Assembly: GCA_018398765.1 (NCBI GenBank)
Contig: JAHBMJ010000244.1
Location: 1-52,769, forward strand
Direction: 5' to 3'
Origin: Chromera velia
Lineage: Eukaryota
DNA: 52,769 bases
Numbering within the stretch: position 1 is the stretch's first letter; each line of letters begins with the position of its first letter. The position numbers were made by a program, and so were the translations under genes. This document shows positions 1 to 13,400 of the stretch, in pieces. The notes under the pieces are model-generated. The model saw only the letters and a list, made by a program, of their open reading frames with translations. It searched no databases and was not told where the DNA came from.

Positions 1-37
<37 letters not shown>

Positions 38-186
38 TACACGCACACACACACACATGCACACACACACATGCACACACACACACACACTCACATGCAC
101 ATACACACACACACACACACACACAAACACACACATGCACACACACACACACACATATACACACACAAACACACACATGCACACAT

Positions 187-223
<37 letters not shown>
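1..223. repeat. (CA)n microsatellite, probably intronic
   Basis: Near-pure AC dinucleotide run with occasional AT/GC interruptions. Confidence 0.97.
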
Positions 224-3200
224 GACACGTTGGGATCGTGGCAAAGACAGGAAAAACGGTGTCGTCGTTGGATCACTGGCAGTTCCCGAATCGGGCCAGT
301 GAGCCTGGGTCCATTTCACAAGCTGCCAATGAATCTCTCATCTGTTGTCTGTCCCCTCATAGAAGCTTGCAGCTATTTGATGGTTTCCGTTTTTTGTGTG
401 TGTTTTTCTCTCCTCATCGGTGCTGCAGGTAGATGAGGCCGACATCTGGCTGACTTCTTCTCAAAGACTCGACGGAACAGCGAGAAGCCTCCAGCAGCTG
501 CCGCTCCAGGTGGCCCTCAGTCTGAGTGAGGAGAGCGCTTCAGACCGCAGCTTCCCTTCGGACTCTTATGACACACGGCAGGTGCGTGGCACTAATTCAA
601 TATTTCTTTCTGCTCTAAACTTCGTCAGGCACCATGAAAACAGACACACACGGAGACCATACTGTGCTTCTTTGACGAATTCCCTTCCGTCATTCACCCC
701 GACTTGCTAAAGCTCGTGAGGGGCTTCGATCGTGACCGTGCATGGTTGCTGAGACGGCGTCAATCCTTTTTCATTTTGCATGAAAAAAAACAAAAGAGCT
801 AGTTGCATGGGACACTTCCCAAATTCCCACCTTCCATGCGAGGCCTTTTCTTTTTATGGTCTTGCCGTTCTGTTATTTCGCGTCGGGTCTTTCCTTAGAC
901 CCATGGTTCCTTCCTTTCCTTCCTTTCTTTCTTCCTTTCCTCTCTTCATTCCTTCCTCCCTTCCTTCCATCCTTCCTTCGTTCTTTTCTTTCTTCTTTAC
1001 TTCCTGTCTGCCTGCCTTCCTTCCTTCATTCCCCCCTTGCAGGTAGAACAAGCTCGGAAAGCACAGCTGAGTACCGCCAAGCTCGGACCTGACGGCCGTC
1101 TGATGCTCAGATATTTTACCGACAGCAACAGACTGCTGACGCTGAGGGGCCGCAATCTCGGCCCGGACGTACGGATGCTGGCAGTCCCCTTGGGGGACGA
1201 CGGGCGCAGTGCCGCCATTTTGCAGGAAGGGAAAGCCAATTTCCTCTATGCCATCTGTCAGGAAGTGCTTGAGGCAAAGAGGATAGGGCTTCTCAAGACT
1301 GCGGATCATTCGCTGCAAGAGAGACTTCAAACAAAGGTTGCACTGACAAAGCGCGACGAGAAGCACAACCTCTCGATGGAAATGATGCGAGAAGGTGATC
1401 CCGCAACCGAACACGTCGACGTCGCATGGAAAGCGAAGCTTGACGCTTGGGCAAGACGAGTGGAAATAGGTTCGGATGAGATCTCTTCGAGGAGGATAAA
1501 ATTCAACCTGAGAAGACTTCTCAAAGTTCCCGGTCGGTCTTCAGCAAGTTTCACTGATGTTTCATGTTCGCTGAATCAGTCTTCTTCTTCTTTCATCTTT
1601 ACCTCTTATGGGTGACTATGTAGGGGAAAGGGGAGTCAGAGTTTCCAGTCGATCGATCATGCTTTCTTCCTTTCTCTTCTATCTCCCTTTTCTCACAAAA
1701 GCAGTCACTTACTGTCCCTCCTTGTACGTCTCACATTTATGTACCCGGTCTTTGTTTCTGCATTCACGTCGCTGCAGGAGAATATACGATTTGCATCCAC
1801 GGGACATCGTATTCTAAGGTGATTCACTCAACAACAGCCGCAGTCTGCGAGCCGTTCGTTGATACCAGCCTGACCACGGACGTCGTCGCTTTCTTATCTA
1901 ACGGAGCAAATCAACACCTTGAGCTGCGGGGCCTCGGCTTCTCCCTCCGAAACGGTGTGCGTTTGGTTCGTTCCACAGATATGGAAGAAGACAGGAAGAC
2001 CGGGGAAGAGATGGCCCACAAACATCTGAGGGTTCTAATCAACTCGAATGACGCTGAAAAGGAACCGCAAAAGTTTGAAGATGATGATGATGGTGCAAAA
2101 AAGAAGAAAAAAGAAGAAGAAGATGAAGGAGAGGACGAGGAGAGTGCTCGGAATCTTCGGACTGCCGAGGTTCCCGTCTCGTCCATCTGTGAGGATATGA
2201 CTTATGCACAGTTCACTTTAGACTGGCCCCGTCCGCTAGGCACCTACAGGGTAGAGTTCACTTCCTCTCTCGTTAGACAAAACGACACAGGGTGGAAGCC
2301 TGCGGGCAAACTGCAAGTCAGCTGATGGATGCCATATAGAGAGCTTGCGATGTGTTTGTACCTCTTTCATTCTTCTTGTGCTTGGGTGGTTCGTCGTTGA
2401 AGTCCACTTTTTTGGGCTAGATGCGTTTTCAAGCCGATTGGAAGTATAAGAGTCGACGCACGAACTTCTCCATCTCTCTGCCCTCCTTTACCTGGGGAAG
2501 GAAGTTGTATTTCAAGAGTCTTTGTAACTGCCTCAGGCTGCCTTCCTCCTCTCTTTTCTTGCTTTCCCCGTTTCTTGTTTTCATGTGATCTTGGATGTAC
2601 CTTGTTTGTTTGTTTTTTCTGCCTTCAGGTCGTGCACACACTCGTCCATCCAGAGGCTCATCTGATTTCCTGGACGCCTGTCGACAGCCACAGGGGGTAT
2701 AGGGTAGAGAGGAAGGAATCAGACGGAAGCCTTGTGCTCAAGTTGCACGCAGGGGATCCGAGAGAATCTAGAGCTCTCCTTCGACTGGAGGTCCAGGAGG
2801 GAAGTCAGGAGTTCCCCGAGACTTCAGAAGTCACAGTGTGGAGAGTGCCCTTAAATCCAGAAGACGATGAAAACGACAAAGCATCGCAAAGTGCAGAAAC
2901 CTGGGTGGGGAGGCAGCGAGGCAAACTCTCTCTCCTTCCTTCATGAACGTCATGTATTTCACATCTTTCGACTATGCTGAGTGCACATATGATTCTTCGT
3001 CACCCGCCCTCATTCTTTTTTTTGAAAGGTCCACCAGTTCTGGTTGTCATTCGGTAGCACGCACGCAAAGTTGGGTGGAGTGGTGGCTGGATGCAGAAAA
3101 CGGAGGTGCCTGCCATCCTTCGTTGTTTTCCGTTGACTCGATTGATGAGTTCGGTCCCTGCCCTTCACTCAGGCACCAAAACTGGATTCCCCAATACCTC

Positions 3201-4485
3201 TCGATTTAACTGTTTGTACAACCAGTGTAGTTCGCACACTTAACTTGTCTCCCCTGACACTTCTCATCTGCAGACTTGCAACGAGTTCCCAAAGGCGCCC
3301 AAAGAAGACACAACGCGACTACTATACAAATTTGCTCTAGGAGGTAGGTTGCTCTCTTTGTATGCCTGTCTGTCTTCATCAAGTATTTCTATTTGCCCGT
3401 CCTTGTATCCGCGAATTGAGTTGCGGGCGAATGAATTTCTTTTTCTGTGTGTTCCACAAAGGCAAAAGTCCCCATGGACTCTCGTCACATCGCCTTCTCC
3501 TCTTGTCAAAGAACCCCCCACACTTGTCACTGAAGTGTCCCCCACCTCTATCTATCCACACCCCATCTTATGCGGCCTCACCGCAGAACGTTGGTGCTTG
3601 CCATGCAAGATCAAAAGTGACTTGTGCTGCTTTCCTGTCTGTCTGCAGGTATGGCGATTGACTGCGCTATCCCGGATGCTCTCTGATCACGGATGCAGCA
3701 AGCGGAAGCTCCTGCCTTCTTCCTCCTCTGCTACCAGGACGGCGTGTCCAACTTTTGGCAGGTCAGTCAAGGCATGGAAGATTTCAATTTATGGTCCTTT
3801 TGTAACTCTGCTGAAATTAATGCTACCAGGAGCTTCTATTACCACGGTAGGTCTGTGTAAAAACTCTTTGATTCAATTGTATTCTGAAAACGGAAAAAGG
3901 GCAAAGAAAATAACATTTTGATCCCGAATTGCAAACCCAGACAGAGAGAGTGACAATGAAGGGACTGCTCTTCAAATCCATACCCGTGACTCAAATTCTT
4001 CTGTCTATACATTTTTCTCTTGAACAACTCGAAAATGCAGGAAGCCGGTACTGTATCTGTCGCACACGCGATTCTGTTCGATGTGTCTAGCACTGGAAAG
4101 AGTTCCCTGCCTGTCCAGTCAACGTTTTCAAATTTCAAACATTACAGGGTGGTTGTGGGACAGAGGAAGCTCCTTAGGGTTCTCTTGACCAACGTCGTCG
4201 GGCCTCCCTGTGTTTTCTTCGTCGATGCGATGTTCTCGGAGAGCTGCGCTAACTTTGGAGCGGGCGTGCTCAGTGAGGTCACTGACAGCGTCTGCAATCC
4301 CGCATCTGAGGAGACAGACAGTCACTCCAACGGCGGTCTCGGTGGACCTCTTGTCGGGGGATTCCCGGACAGATACAATCCGTTTCGGTTGGCAAAGACA
4401 GGGTGGGTCGGTTGACGTTTGATTCAGTGAGTAGTGCGGTATCGGTTGAGGGAGAGAGTGATGGGGGGGAGTGGAGGAAGGCAGA

Positions 4486-4541
4486 GACAGAGAGAGAGAG
4501 ACAGAGAGAGAGAGACAGAGAGAGGGGGGGGGGAGAGCCAG

Positions 4542-4580
<39 letters not shown>

Positions 4581-4645
4581 AAGAAAAAAAGAAAGAAAGA
4601 AAGAAAAAAAGAGAGAAAGAAAGAAAGAAAGAAAAAAAGACAGAA

Positions 4646-4688
<43 letters not shown>

Positions 4689-4920
4689 AAGAAAGAAAGA
4701 AAGAAAGACAGACAGACAGAAAGACAGAAAGACAGAAAGACAGAAAGAAAGAAAGAACGAAAGAAAGAACCAAAGAAAGGAAGGAAGGAAGGAAGGAACG
4801 AAGGAAGGTGGGTAGGAAAGAAGTTAGAAAAAAGAAGGAACAAAAGAGGAACGAAGGAAAACAAAGAAAGAACGAAAGAAAAAAGAAAGAAAGAAAGAAA
4901 GAACGAAAGAAAGAATGAGA
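4486..4920. repeat. Compound (GA)n/(GAAA)n/(GACA)n/(GGAA)n microsatellite in an intron
   Basis: Seen directly in the sequence; it explains the low-complexity ORFs at 4279-5034. Confidence 0.95.
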
Positions 4921-5142
4921 GAATAGGCCATGGGTCATTTCCCACAGGATAGGTGCAAGAGAAACTGTGAGTGCTTCTTTAGCAGCCTGTGGTAATTGAA
5001 TTCGTGGGCAGTCGTGTGCAGAATAGCTCGTCACGCTTACCGATTGTCGCTGCTGGATTCACGTGCAGGGACAGACCGCTGCTTTGAAGTCTCCCAATCT
5101 TCTCTTGTCCTGCTTTCTCCCTGCTTGCCTTCTTCTGTGCAG

Positions 5143-7222
5143 ATTTGTCGTGGAGTTTCGTCGGGCAGGCGTATACCGTACTTGCCTCCGTCTTGGCAAG
5201 GCGAAGGGTTTGATGGACCTGGGTGTTATGGAGGCAGTACTGCCCTCCGAGGTGGCATCTTCTGCCCAGGCAGTAGGTGCAATTGCAGATGGACTGGAGG
5301 TTGTCCGTACTGCATTGGAAAAGGAGGCAAAGAAGATGGAAGATCAGGAGAGAGCGCTGGACGCAGCAGATGCAGAAGCGCAAGAGGAAGTAGAGGAACA
5401 AAAAGATGAGTTTGAGATCTCTCTGCTGCAAGAAGCACAGAGAGAGGTGGAGAAAGAGGACGAGAAAGATGAAGCATCCGAAGAAACAAAAGACGAAGGA
5501 GGCGAAGTGGAGATGGGAGCTGAGGAGCAGGACCTCCTGGAGGAGGCTGAAGAGAGCCTTGACAGCGAGGTTCCGCCATCCTTCTCTCAGCTTATCAGAG
5601 ACGAAGCTCTCCATGCAGCAACGCAGATAGCAGCGGAAACAGGCGAAGTCCATGTGCACCATCCGTTCTCTCAGGGGCCTTCATTTCTAGAGGCATCTTC
5701 CCTTAAAAGAAAACTAGGTGTCCGGGACAACGGGCCCATCCGAGCTCCCCCTCCAACAAGGTCCCAGTCAGTAGCAGATCAGGACATTGATGACTGGACC
5801 TTCAACCACTGTCTGTCTGCTTCCGATAATGCCAGATTGTCGTGTGGGCGAGAGCAACCGGATTTTCAGATTAAGTGAATGACTCACGAGAAGACTTTCT
5901 ATGTGAAGGAGTTCAGCCACCACTGGCACTATTGTCAGGAACCACAGAGAGAGAACATTCGGGATGTTTTGCGCTATCTGCAAGATTTGCAGTGCAAATA
6001 GAACTTGGGGTACAGATCCAAAGAGGGCGGCGACCGGAAAAGGCGGATACTTGCAGTATTTCCTAACACTGCACACGATCCGAAAACCTTCCGATCGTCC
6101 CAGGTAGCATTGCAAAATGTGCCTGTAGAAGAGCGGTCGGTGCTTCTAGAGGAAGCAGAGGACGACAAAGGGGAGGAATTCAGTTCTTCTTCTTCTTCTC
6201 CGTCTTCGTCCTCAGATTCCAACCGCAAAGTGTCTTCGAGCAAAGAGAAACCCTCAGAAGACGAGCAAAGTACTGCTGCTTCCAGAAGAGAAGGACAGTG
6301 GGAGAGATCAAGAAGAGAGGCTCTACGAGGAGTGCGCGCTCTGGTGATTTCCAAATTCCAGAGAATGACACGCAAGTTGAGAAGTTGTAGAAAGGCACGG
6401 GAAGATTGGGAGAGCCTCACCCTGTTTCCTGCAGATCAAATCTTCTGCAGTCTCGGTGCTGCTGTCAGTTCTGTTCAGGGTCCTGCTGACGATGTCGTTC
6501 TTTTGTTCGGAGTTCACAGACAGTTGGATAATTTAGTCGATTCGGACCTCTAAAGTCAAATTCGAATCTCAGGAGCAGAAAATGTCATTCTGGCTCACCA
6601 CTTCCTTTCACTCCCCAACTCCCGCTCTGAAGGGCAAAACAGCAATCAGAGTCCCAAACAGGTGATTCGCTCCCCAGCACCCATTCCTGAGGGATTCCAG
6701 GTAAAGATAGGCCCTCAGCCTATCGCACCCACTCTGGCCACCCTCACTTCAAAAAAGCCACAACCGTCAGGGAATGTCAAAATCCGACCATCAAGCTCAC
6801 AACAAGCGACAGTCTCTCACACGGGACCGGACGGACGCCCGATGCAGATGGTGGACGCCTGGCTGAATACACAGGTCAACTCTATGGGGAGAGTAAAGAC
6901 GCAAGAGGGCCCTTCTCCCCCCGGCCCCTTCGGCCCCGACACAAGGGCCAAAAGTGTCGACAACATTCCCTTCCTCTATCCTGACCTCCTCGACTCAGAC
7001 AATCTGACTGTTCCGTTATCCGCCACGCCAGGGGAGGCAGGTGCAGATAATTCTTTTGATCTGCTACGGTCGGACAGTGTGGAGAATGATGTAGGCGATT
7101 TTGTCGAGCAGGATCTGGACGGTTTTGAGGAGAATGTGTGGGACAGGGACGATTCGTCTGAGGCCCCCAGTCCCTACCTGGACCTGCCCGAACTCGCATT
7201 TCTCGAAAAGGAAAAGGACCAT

Positions 7223-7253
<31 letters not shown>

Positions 7254-7494
7254 GATTGGAAGACAAATACATCCCCGCCAACGATCAACCTGAACAGCTC
7301 CCGCTCTCTTGGCTAACCGCACGCAATGCGAGCGTGACTGACAGGGTCCGATTCGGAGTCGTTCTGGATATGTCAAACAGGACGATCGTCATCAAGGGCA
7401 GGCGCACGGAACTTCAGGGAATCGATTTCCGGAATCCGGGAAGGGAGGTCCTCCGTCTGGTCTCACAGGCCAATGTGGAAATTCGACACTGCAG
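5143..7494 (+). CDS. 2.35-kb exon of the large gene (acidic coiled-coil, Ser/Pro-rich, polyQ) containing three in-frame stops
   Basis: ORF-track pieces 5063-5878, 6005-6553 and 6662-7597 share one frame, separated only by TGA 5876, TAG 5999 and TAA 6551. TGCAG acceptor at 5142, GT donor at 7495. Confidence 0.75.
7223..7252 (+). repeat. (CAG)10 encoding polyQ in the large exon
   Basis: Ten perfect CAG units in frame. Confidence 0.95.
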
Positions 7495-8387
7495 GTCCGT
7501 CCGTCTGTCTGTCTATCTGTCTATCTGTCTGTCATTGTTTGATTGTTTGTTCTGTTCTTTTGTCGTTGTTGTCTCTTTATGCCTTTTGTGTACATGAAGA
7601 AAAGGAGGGTTAAGAAAAAACACATAGTCTGTCCGTCTGTCTGTCTGTCTCGCTGTTCCGCTCCCTGTTTTGGTACTTGATCAACTCTTTCAGGTGGGAA
7701 AAGGCATTTGACGCAGGATGTCAGCAGCCCCCTTTTGTTTTCTTTCAGGAAAGGCTTTGCTCCTCAGGGATCCGATGGATCAATCTGTGCATGCAAAAAT
7801 GGATGGATGGATGGATGGATGGATGGATGGATTACGGGATGGCTGTCTAAATGCAAGCATGGATGGACAAAAGTTCTCCTTCTATGCATGTCTTCAAGTT
7901 TCCGGCATGGGCCTTTGTATCGATACTCTCTTTCCCATTTCTGCAGATTTGTGACTCAGCGTCCGTCCGCTGTGGTGAGATTTGTGCCTGAGAGACTGCG
8001 CCCTCGTGGCTGCGTGGCTGCCTTGCATGTGTTCGACTCTGTGGACTTCGTCTGGGCCTCCTCTTCCTTCAGGTGGGCATGGGGTGTGTGCATGCACGCG
8101 AGTCGGTATCTGCCTAGATGTGCGTTGATTCTCGTGCATTGCTTCAGGTTGAGGTAGAGGGGAAAAGGAAGAGGGGGGGGTGCAAGCAAGAAGGTGTCCG
8201 AGAATGAAGTCCCATTTATTTGTTCGGCTACTTCAAGAAGCAAACGTTGGAGAGAAAGGGAAGGGAAGACAGGGAGAGGGAAGAAAACTCGAAAGGACAA
8301 GAGCAAATTCGAACAGCGTGTAAGTGATTTGACTTCCTCTTTACATCTTCTACCGCATCTGTTTCTCTTCTTCTTCTTCTTCTTCAG

Positions 8388-10496
8388 GGGAGAAGAGCCA
8401 AGTCTGGTGACGATCAAGATCGACGGACCTTCATACGGGTGCCGACAGGTCTTTCACAACGTTGCCTTCAGATGCGGGTCTGCTTGGACAAGTTCGGAGA
8501 TGGGGGTGGAGGACGCCCAAGGGGCTCGGGTTGTGAGTGGTTCCCCTTCAGATGCTCTGGACAAAAGGGGGGGGCTGTTTCCAGAAACCTTCAAGAAACT
8601 CTCAGACCCCACAAGCTTCCAGTGCCCTGTTCAGGGAATTTCTGTGATGTACAATGACAGATGTCAAGGGTGTACTGTGCTTCTGAAGCGGTCGGCATTC
8701 TGGAATCTCCAGAGAGGCGGGTTTGAAATGCTCCACAAGGGAGACATGGAGGGAAGCTCGCTTCATGTCTCAGACAGTCTGTTCAGAGGAGCAACAGAAC
8801 TCCCAGCGCTGAGAGTGCGATTTGAGGCTCCGGTCCATTTGAGCCGTGTCGCAGTGGTGCGTTCTCTGTTTGCAGACAACCAAATGCTCAGAGACCTCCC
8901 TGAGACAAGAGAAGGAGCTGCAGTTCGAGTTATGTTCCACAAGATTGTCGAATCTACCCGTGTTGATTTGAGGGACTCGACTTTCATTCGGAACAGCGCG
9001 ACGGGGGCTGGGGGGGCCGTTGCTGTTTGGGCCCCTCGAGCTAGGTCCCCAGGTCGAATGGATGCGTCAATGACTGGGGGCATTGCGGCTGTTGGGCAAC
9101 AGGTCTGGAATCCGGAAAGAGCAGGAATAGCAAAGAAGGTGAAGAAAATGGTTGCAGCCGCAGGACCTTGTGGTCCAGAGGTGGAGGCAAGTGCTCATGA
9201 TCTTGCAAATGGGCGTAAATTCCTGTCCGCTCCTTTTGTGCGACGATCAAAAACTGCCGGGGGGTCTTCACGAGAGGACGACAGCGAGAGTCTAGATTCG
9301 CTCTTTGACTGGAGTTTTCTTAAGACTAGATCAAAAGTGAGGGGTAGCGGTGGAGACGGAAAAGAGGAACAAAGTCACTCAAGAGAGCTTTTTGATCTCA
9401 GTCAAGACACACACGGGGAAGAGCAAATGATTCCCCAACGAACTAAGACAGGATTTGTCTCTGATTCTCCACCAGAAGCCTGGGTGAAGGAAGCCCATGG
9501 CAAGTTGAAGAGACCCCCTTTGAGGCGGCATCTCTCTTTTGATCTACCATTTGGAGGGGCCGACGAGGGGGCGCTGGGTCGGATTGACCACTTTGTGTCC
9601 CTTTTGTGCAGCTCCTCCATGATGCTGTGTGTGAAGAACAGTACGATGGTGGAGAATTCAGCCGGATCCTGCAGTTTCCACAAAACTCTCAAGACAGTCG
9701 GGTCGAGAGTAGATGACCTAGTCGACCATCAAAAGGTCCCTCCTTTGAGAGGAGATGACGAACTGGAAGATCAGGGAGGGGCGTCCTCCTCCACAGTTCC
9801 GCAAAAACTAAAAGGGGCCGGGGGGGCATTGTGGGCCTCTGGGGCAACTGTGGTCCTCTCGGAGTCGAAGTTAGGGTCCAACTGCGCGAGGCTCTACGGG
9901 GGTGCAATGGCTCTTGCTGGACCACCAGCAGCATGCATTGTTGATCATTCGATGCTCGAGAACAACACATGTGACATGGCGGGCCTCGCATTTTTCTCGG
10001 AAGGCCCGACAGCGCTCTTCCTCCGTAACCAGACGACTGTGGGCCAGATGGACCCTCGACTTGGTGGGCGTGTGCCGATGTTGGACACAGGAAGGGGTGA
10101 GACAGTCCATGGAAGCGGGAAGGAGGGCAAAAGAATGTCCCTCTCTCTTGGAGGTCACCTCTTCTCCCTCTTGCGAAGGCCCCCAGAGTCGGTGCAGACT
10201 CTCCAACGAGCAGCACGCTTTGTGGAAGAGGAGTGGCTGAGGGGGCAGAGCATGACGACAAAGACAAAGGAGGACTCACCTGTGAAGCCACGCAGGCTTT
10301 TCGGGGACGTGCGCACGAGCGCGCAGTCTCTTCAACGAGTTGCGTTATCGGAAAACGCACTCATTTTTTGTCCGGCCTCCAGTGAGCTTGTGGTGGGGAC
10401 TGCTGACAGGGAACAAATTGGGTGTCATGCCTGCTCTGCCGGAAGCTACTCTCTGGAGGGTGTGCCCATATTACCAAACGTCTACATAGGGGAATG
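8388..10496 (+). CDS. Open 2.1-kb exon with GGA(V/L/M) beta-helix-type repeats and the start of the Cys-rich region
   Basis: Part of ORF 8194-10557; polypyrimidine acceptor ending ttcttcag at 8387; motifs NSATGAGGAV, GGALW, YGGAM, CHACSAGSYSL. Confidence 0.8.
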
Positions 10497-13400
10497 GTGG
10501 GTTTCTTCTTTTGACAGCTTTTCTTTGTTCCTCAGACCTGTGTCTGTACGCATTTGACTTTCATGAAACCTCTTGATCTTCTTCAAGGATAGTGACTAAC
10601 ATGTGAACATTCTTACAAAGATATATCTGTTTCGCGTTGCCACAAGTGTTGTATCATTCGTTTTTGTTGATCCACTGTCTTTACTTCTTTGCTGCTATGT
10701 TGACAGTCCAATTCTTGCCTCTGGAGCTTTATAATTGATTTGCCTTTTCTTTCTCTCCCGCTGCCATGCTGGTGTCTGGCCTTTTCTTTTTCTTTTTCTT
10801 TCTTGCAGTCTAGAATGTGCCGACGGTGCGCGTTGCTTCGAGCTTCCCGGCCTCGAAAGCCAACGGAACCTCCAGAAGGGAGTCGCGGGGGTCGAGCCCC
10901 TCATCGGCCTGCCTCGACACAGAGCGTACGCAAATGCCAACAGGTAGGAAGGATGATCAGCAAAGTGAGACAAGATGAAAGGGATGCAGCAGGGAAAACC
11001 GCAAGCCTGGAAGGTCTACCGGCATGCAGATGGTCATTGGTTGAGAGAGTCGCCCTCACTGGATCCTTTCTTTCCTTTCTTTCTGCACATGCAGACGTGG
11101 AAACTCCTGTGTGTTGACAGAGTCAAAGTGACCCGAGTCCTCAGAGAGCACTCATTTCTGTCCCATTTAGGTCGCGTCTTTCTGTGCAGACAGACTGAGA
11201 GACTTTTCCTTTATACTCGCCCGTTTCTTTCCCCCCGACTTGTGTTTCTATTCAGGTGGTGCAAGGCGCTCTCGCTGAAAGACGGCCAAGACAGAGGTGC
11301 TTCGGATCCTTCATTGGAATTGAAATCGGGGCTGCTTGACGTCAGTGAAGGAATGGGCAAGCAAAGCAGCAATTGGACAAGGATCGTTAATTTGATTCAT
11401 TTTCTCCTCTCAGTCTGCCCTCCTGTGTATGTGTCTGTTGCGGCTAAGTGAATATACTCTAACAGAAGAACCTGCAGGCAAGCTCTTACTCAAACGACAT
11501 CCCCCTTCAATCACCTTTAAATTTAGCGACGTATCAGTGAGAATGATTTCCAATGGTCTAGAGTCTGTTTCGAGAAGCTCCACGACAGCGCCACTGAACG
11601 CGCCGAAACCCTCATCAGCGATTCTCTTTTACTCATTTGTTTCTTACTCCTCCCTGCAGATCATTCAGTGGAATTTCTTGATGTGCCAAGCGTGCGCCTT
11701 CGGGTTCTGCAAGCTGGATGACGGGTGCAACCTCAGCATTGCATTTCTCAAGCAGCGTCACAAGAAGAGGATGAAAGATTTGGGTACCGCCATGAAAAGA
11801 AGGGGAAAGTCTCTCCTCTCGGGGCTCCAAAAGCGTTTCACAGCAACGCGAACATGGGAACAGACCACCTGAACCTTTCTGGAGGCTCGGGAGATGTACC
11901 CTTCACTCCTCGCTTCACTTCTTCCTTTGAAGAGGATTCAAGAACAGATGGTGTGGGAGTCCTTCTACAGGAATCTGACGGAGGCGGGCCCTTTGTCCCC
12001 TCTGTCGGGTCGTCGCCCACTTTCAAAGCTGAAGAATATGCAGACAGAGAGAAACTAGAGAACGGAGACGAGGGCAAAACGGCAAAGCAGGAGGAGGAAA
12101 TTTATTCGGACAATTGGAAGTTGATCCCTTGGGATTTCAGCTGCACAGGAAACAGGCAAGGTTAGTCAGTGAATGAATCAAGGGAGAACGAGAACCAGAC
12201 AAGTGAGTAGGAGAAGACATCAACCGAGTGGCCCCTTCTCTCTCCAGTTTCTCTCCTTCCCGGGTAGCAGCAGGAGCGGAGGGATATCTGAAAGACCCTG
12301 TGGCTCCCTCTTGATTTCTTTCGATTGCGTGTGTAGTTGGAGCTGCAGGGATTCTTTCAAAGAGATGCACCAGTTTTGCGTTACATCTCTTTAGGTGCAC
12401 CATTTCTTTCTGTGTTGCATCTGTTTGTGTTGCTGTGCATGCCTGCAGGAGTTCTGTGCGGAGAGTGCGAAGAGGGCACCTCTGCAGCTGTGTGGTCTCC
12501 TGAGTGTGTGGAGAACTCTTCGTGTAGACTTACGTTCCAGATCATCTTCTTTCTGGTCGGTGGGTTGGTCAGGGGCCCGGCTGCCTCTGATGTCATGATG
12601 AATGCTGCATAGATGGATGAGAGAAGGAATGGATGCAAAGATGAATCGATAGATCGATCGGTGGATAGACTTGTTGGAAGGTGGGTGGGAGGGTGTCTGG
12701 GGTTGGGGGGGCGGATATGAAGTCAGTAGCGCATGCGTTGGTGAGTTACAGCAAGCGAAAATAAGTCAGCGAGTGAGTGAATGAGTGAAGGAGTGAGGGA
12801 GGGAGGCAGCGACAGGCTGCAAGAGGAAGTAGATCAGTAGTGGAATTGGTGAATCAGCAAGTGAACGAGTCGGTATATAAGCAAGCACCTTGTGGGTGCA
12901 TTCCAGATACGCCTTCCTTCTGTCACCAAACGATGAACGCAAGCAAGACTTGAGCGGTCTTCTGCATGCATCCACCTTTTTCCTTCTTTTCTGTTTGTTG
13001 TATGCTCCTCGACTCGATGCATGCAGGTCTGCATCGTTCTTGCTGCCTTCATCCTGTTCCTCATCCGCGTATGGGATTACGGTTCGACGGGCATCTTCAA
13101 GACGTTCATTTTCTTTGTGCAGGTATATGGACAGGTTAGAAGGCAAGCAAGGGAGAAGATACGTCTAGCTGTGGTTCCTTTTGTCGTCACTCTTTCTGCT
13201 CCGTTTCAGACTGTCGCAATAACTCTGACGCACGCAAACTGAGTCGTAAAAAGAATCCATCCATCCATCCTTCCTGCAAAAGAACCATATGCTCTCCCCT
13301 CATATCGACGTACTCCTTCCAGCCGCACCTGGAAAAAGACAAAGTATGTTATGCCTTCATATGGAAAAAGAACGCAGGTCCGGTCTTCAAACTTGTGCCT

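Noticed and set aside
4279..5034. ORFs over the GA/GAAA microsatellite (likewise those at 57-436, 17975-18341, 42365-43400 and 45358-45768)
   Set aside because: Simple-repeat translation artefacts inside introns or intergenic DNA.
3684..6553. Selenocysteine or a reassigned genetic code as the main explanation of the in-frame stops
   Set aside because: All three stop types occur, they are rare relative to exon length, and all fit C>T changes like those in the neighbouring repeats. Kept only as an alternative.
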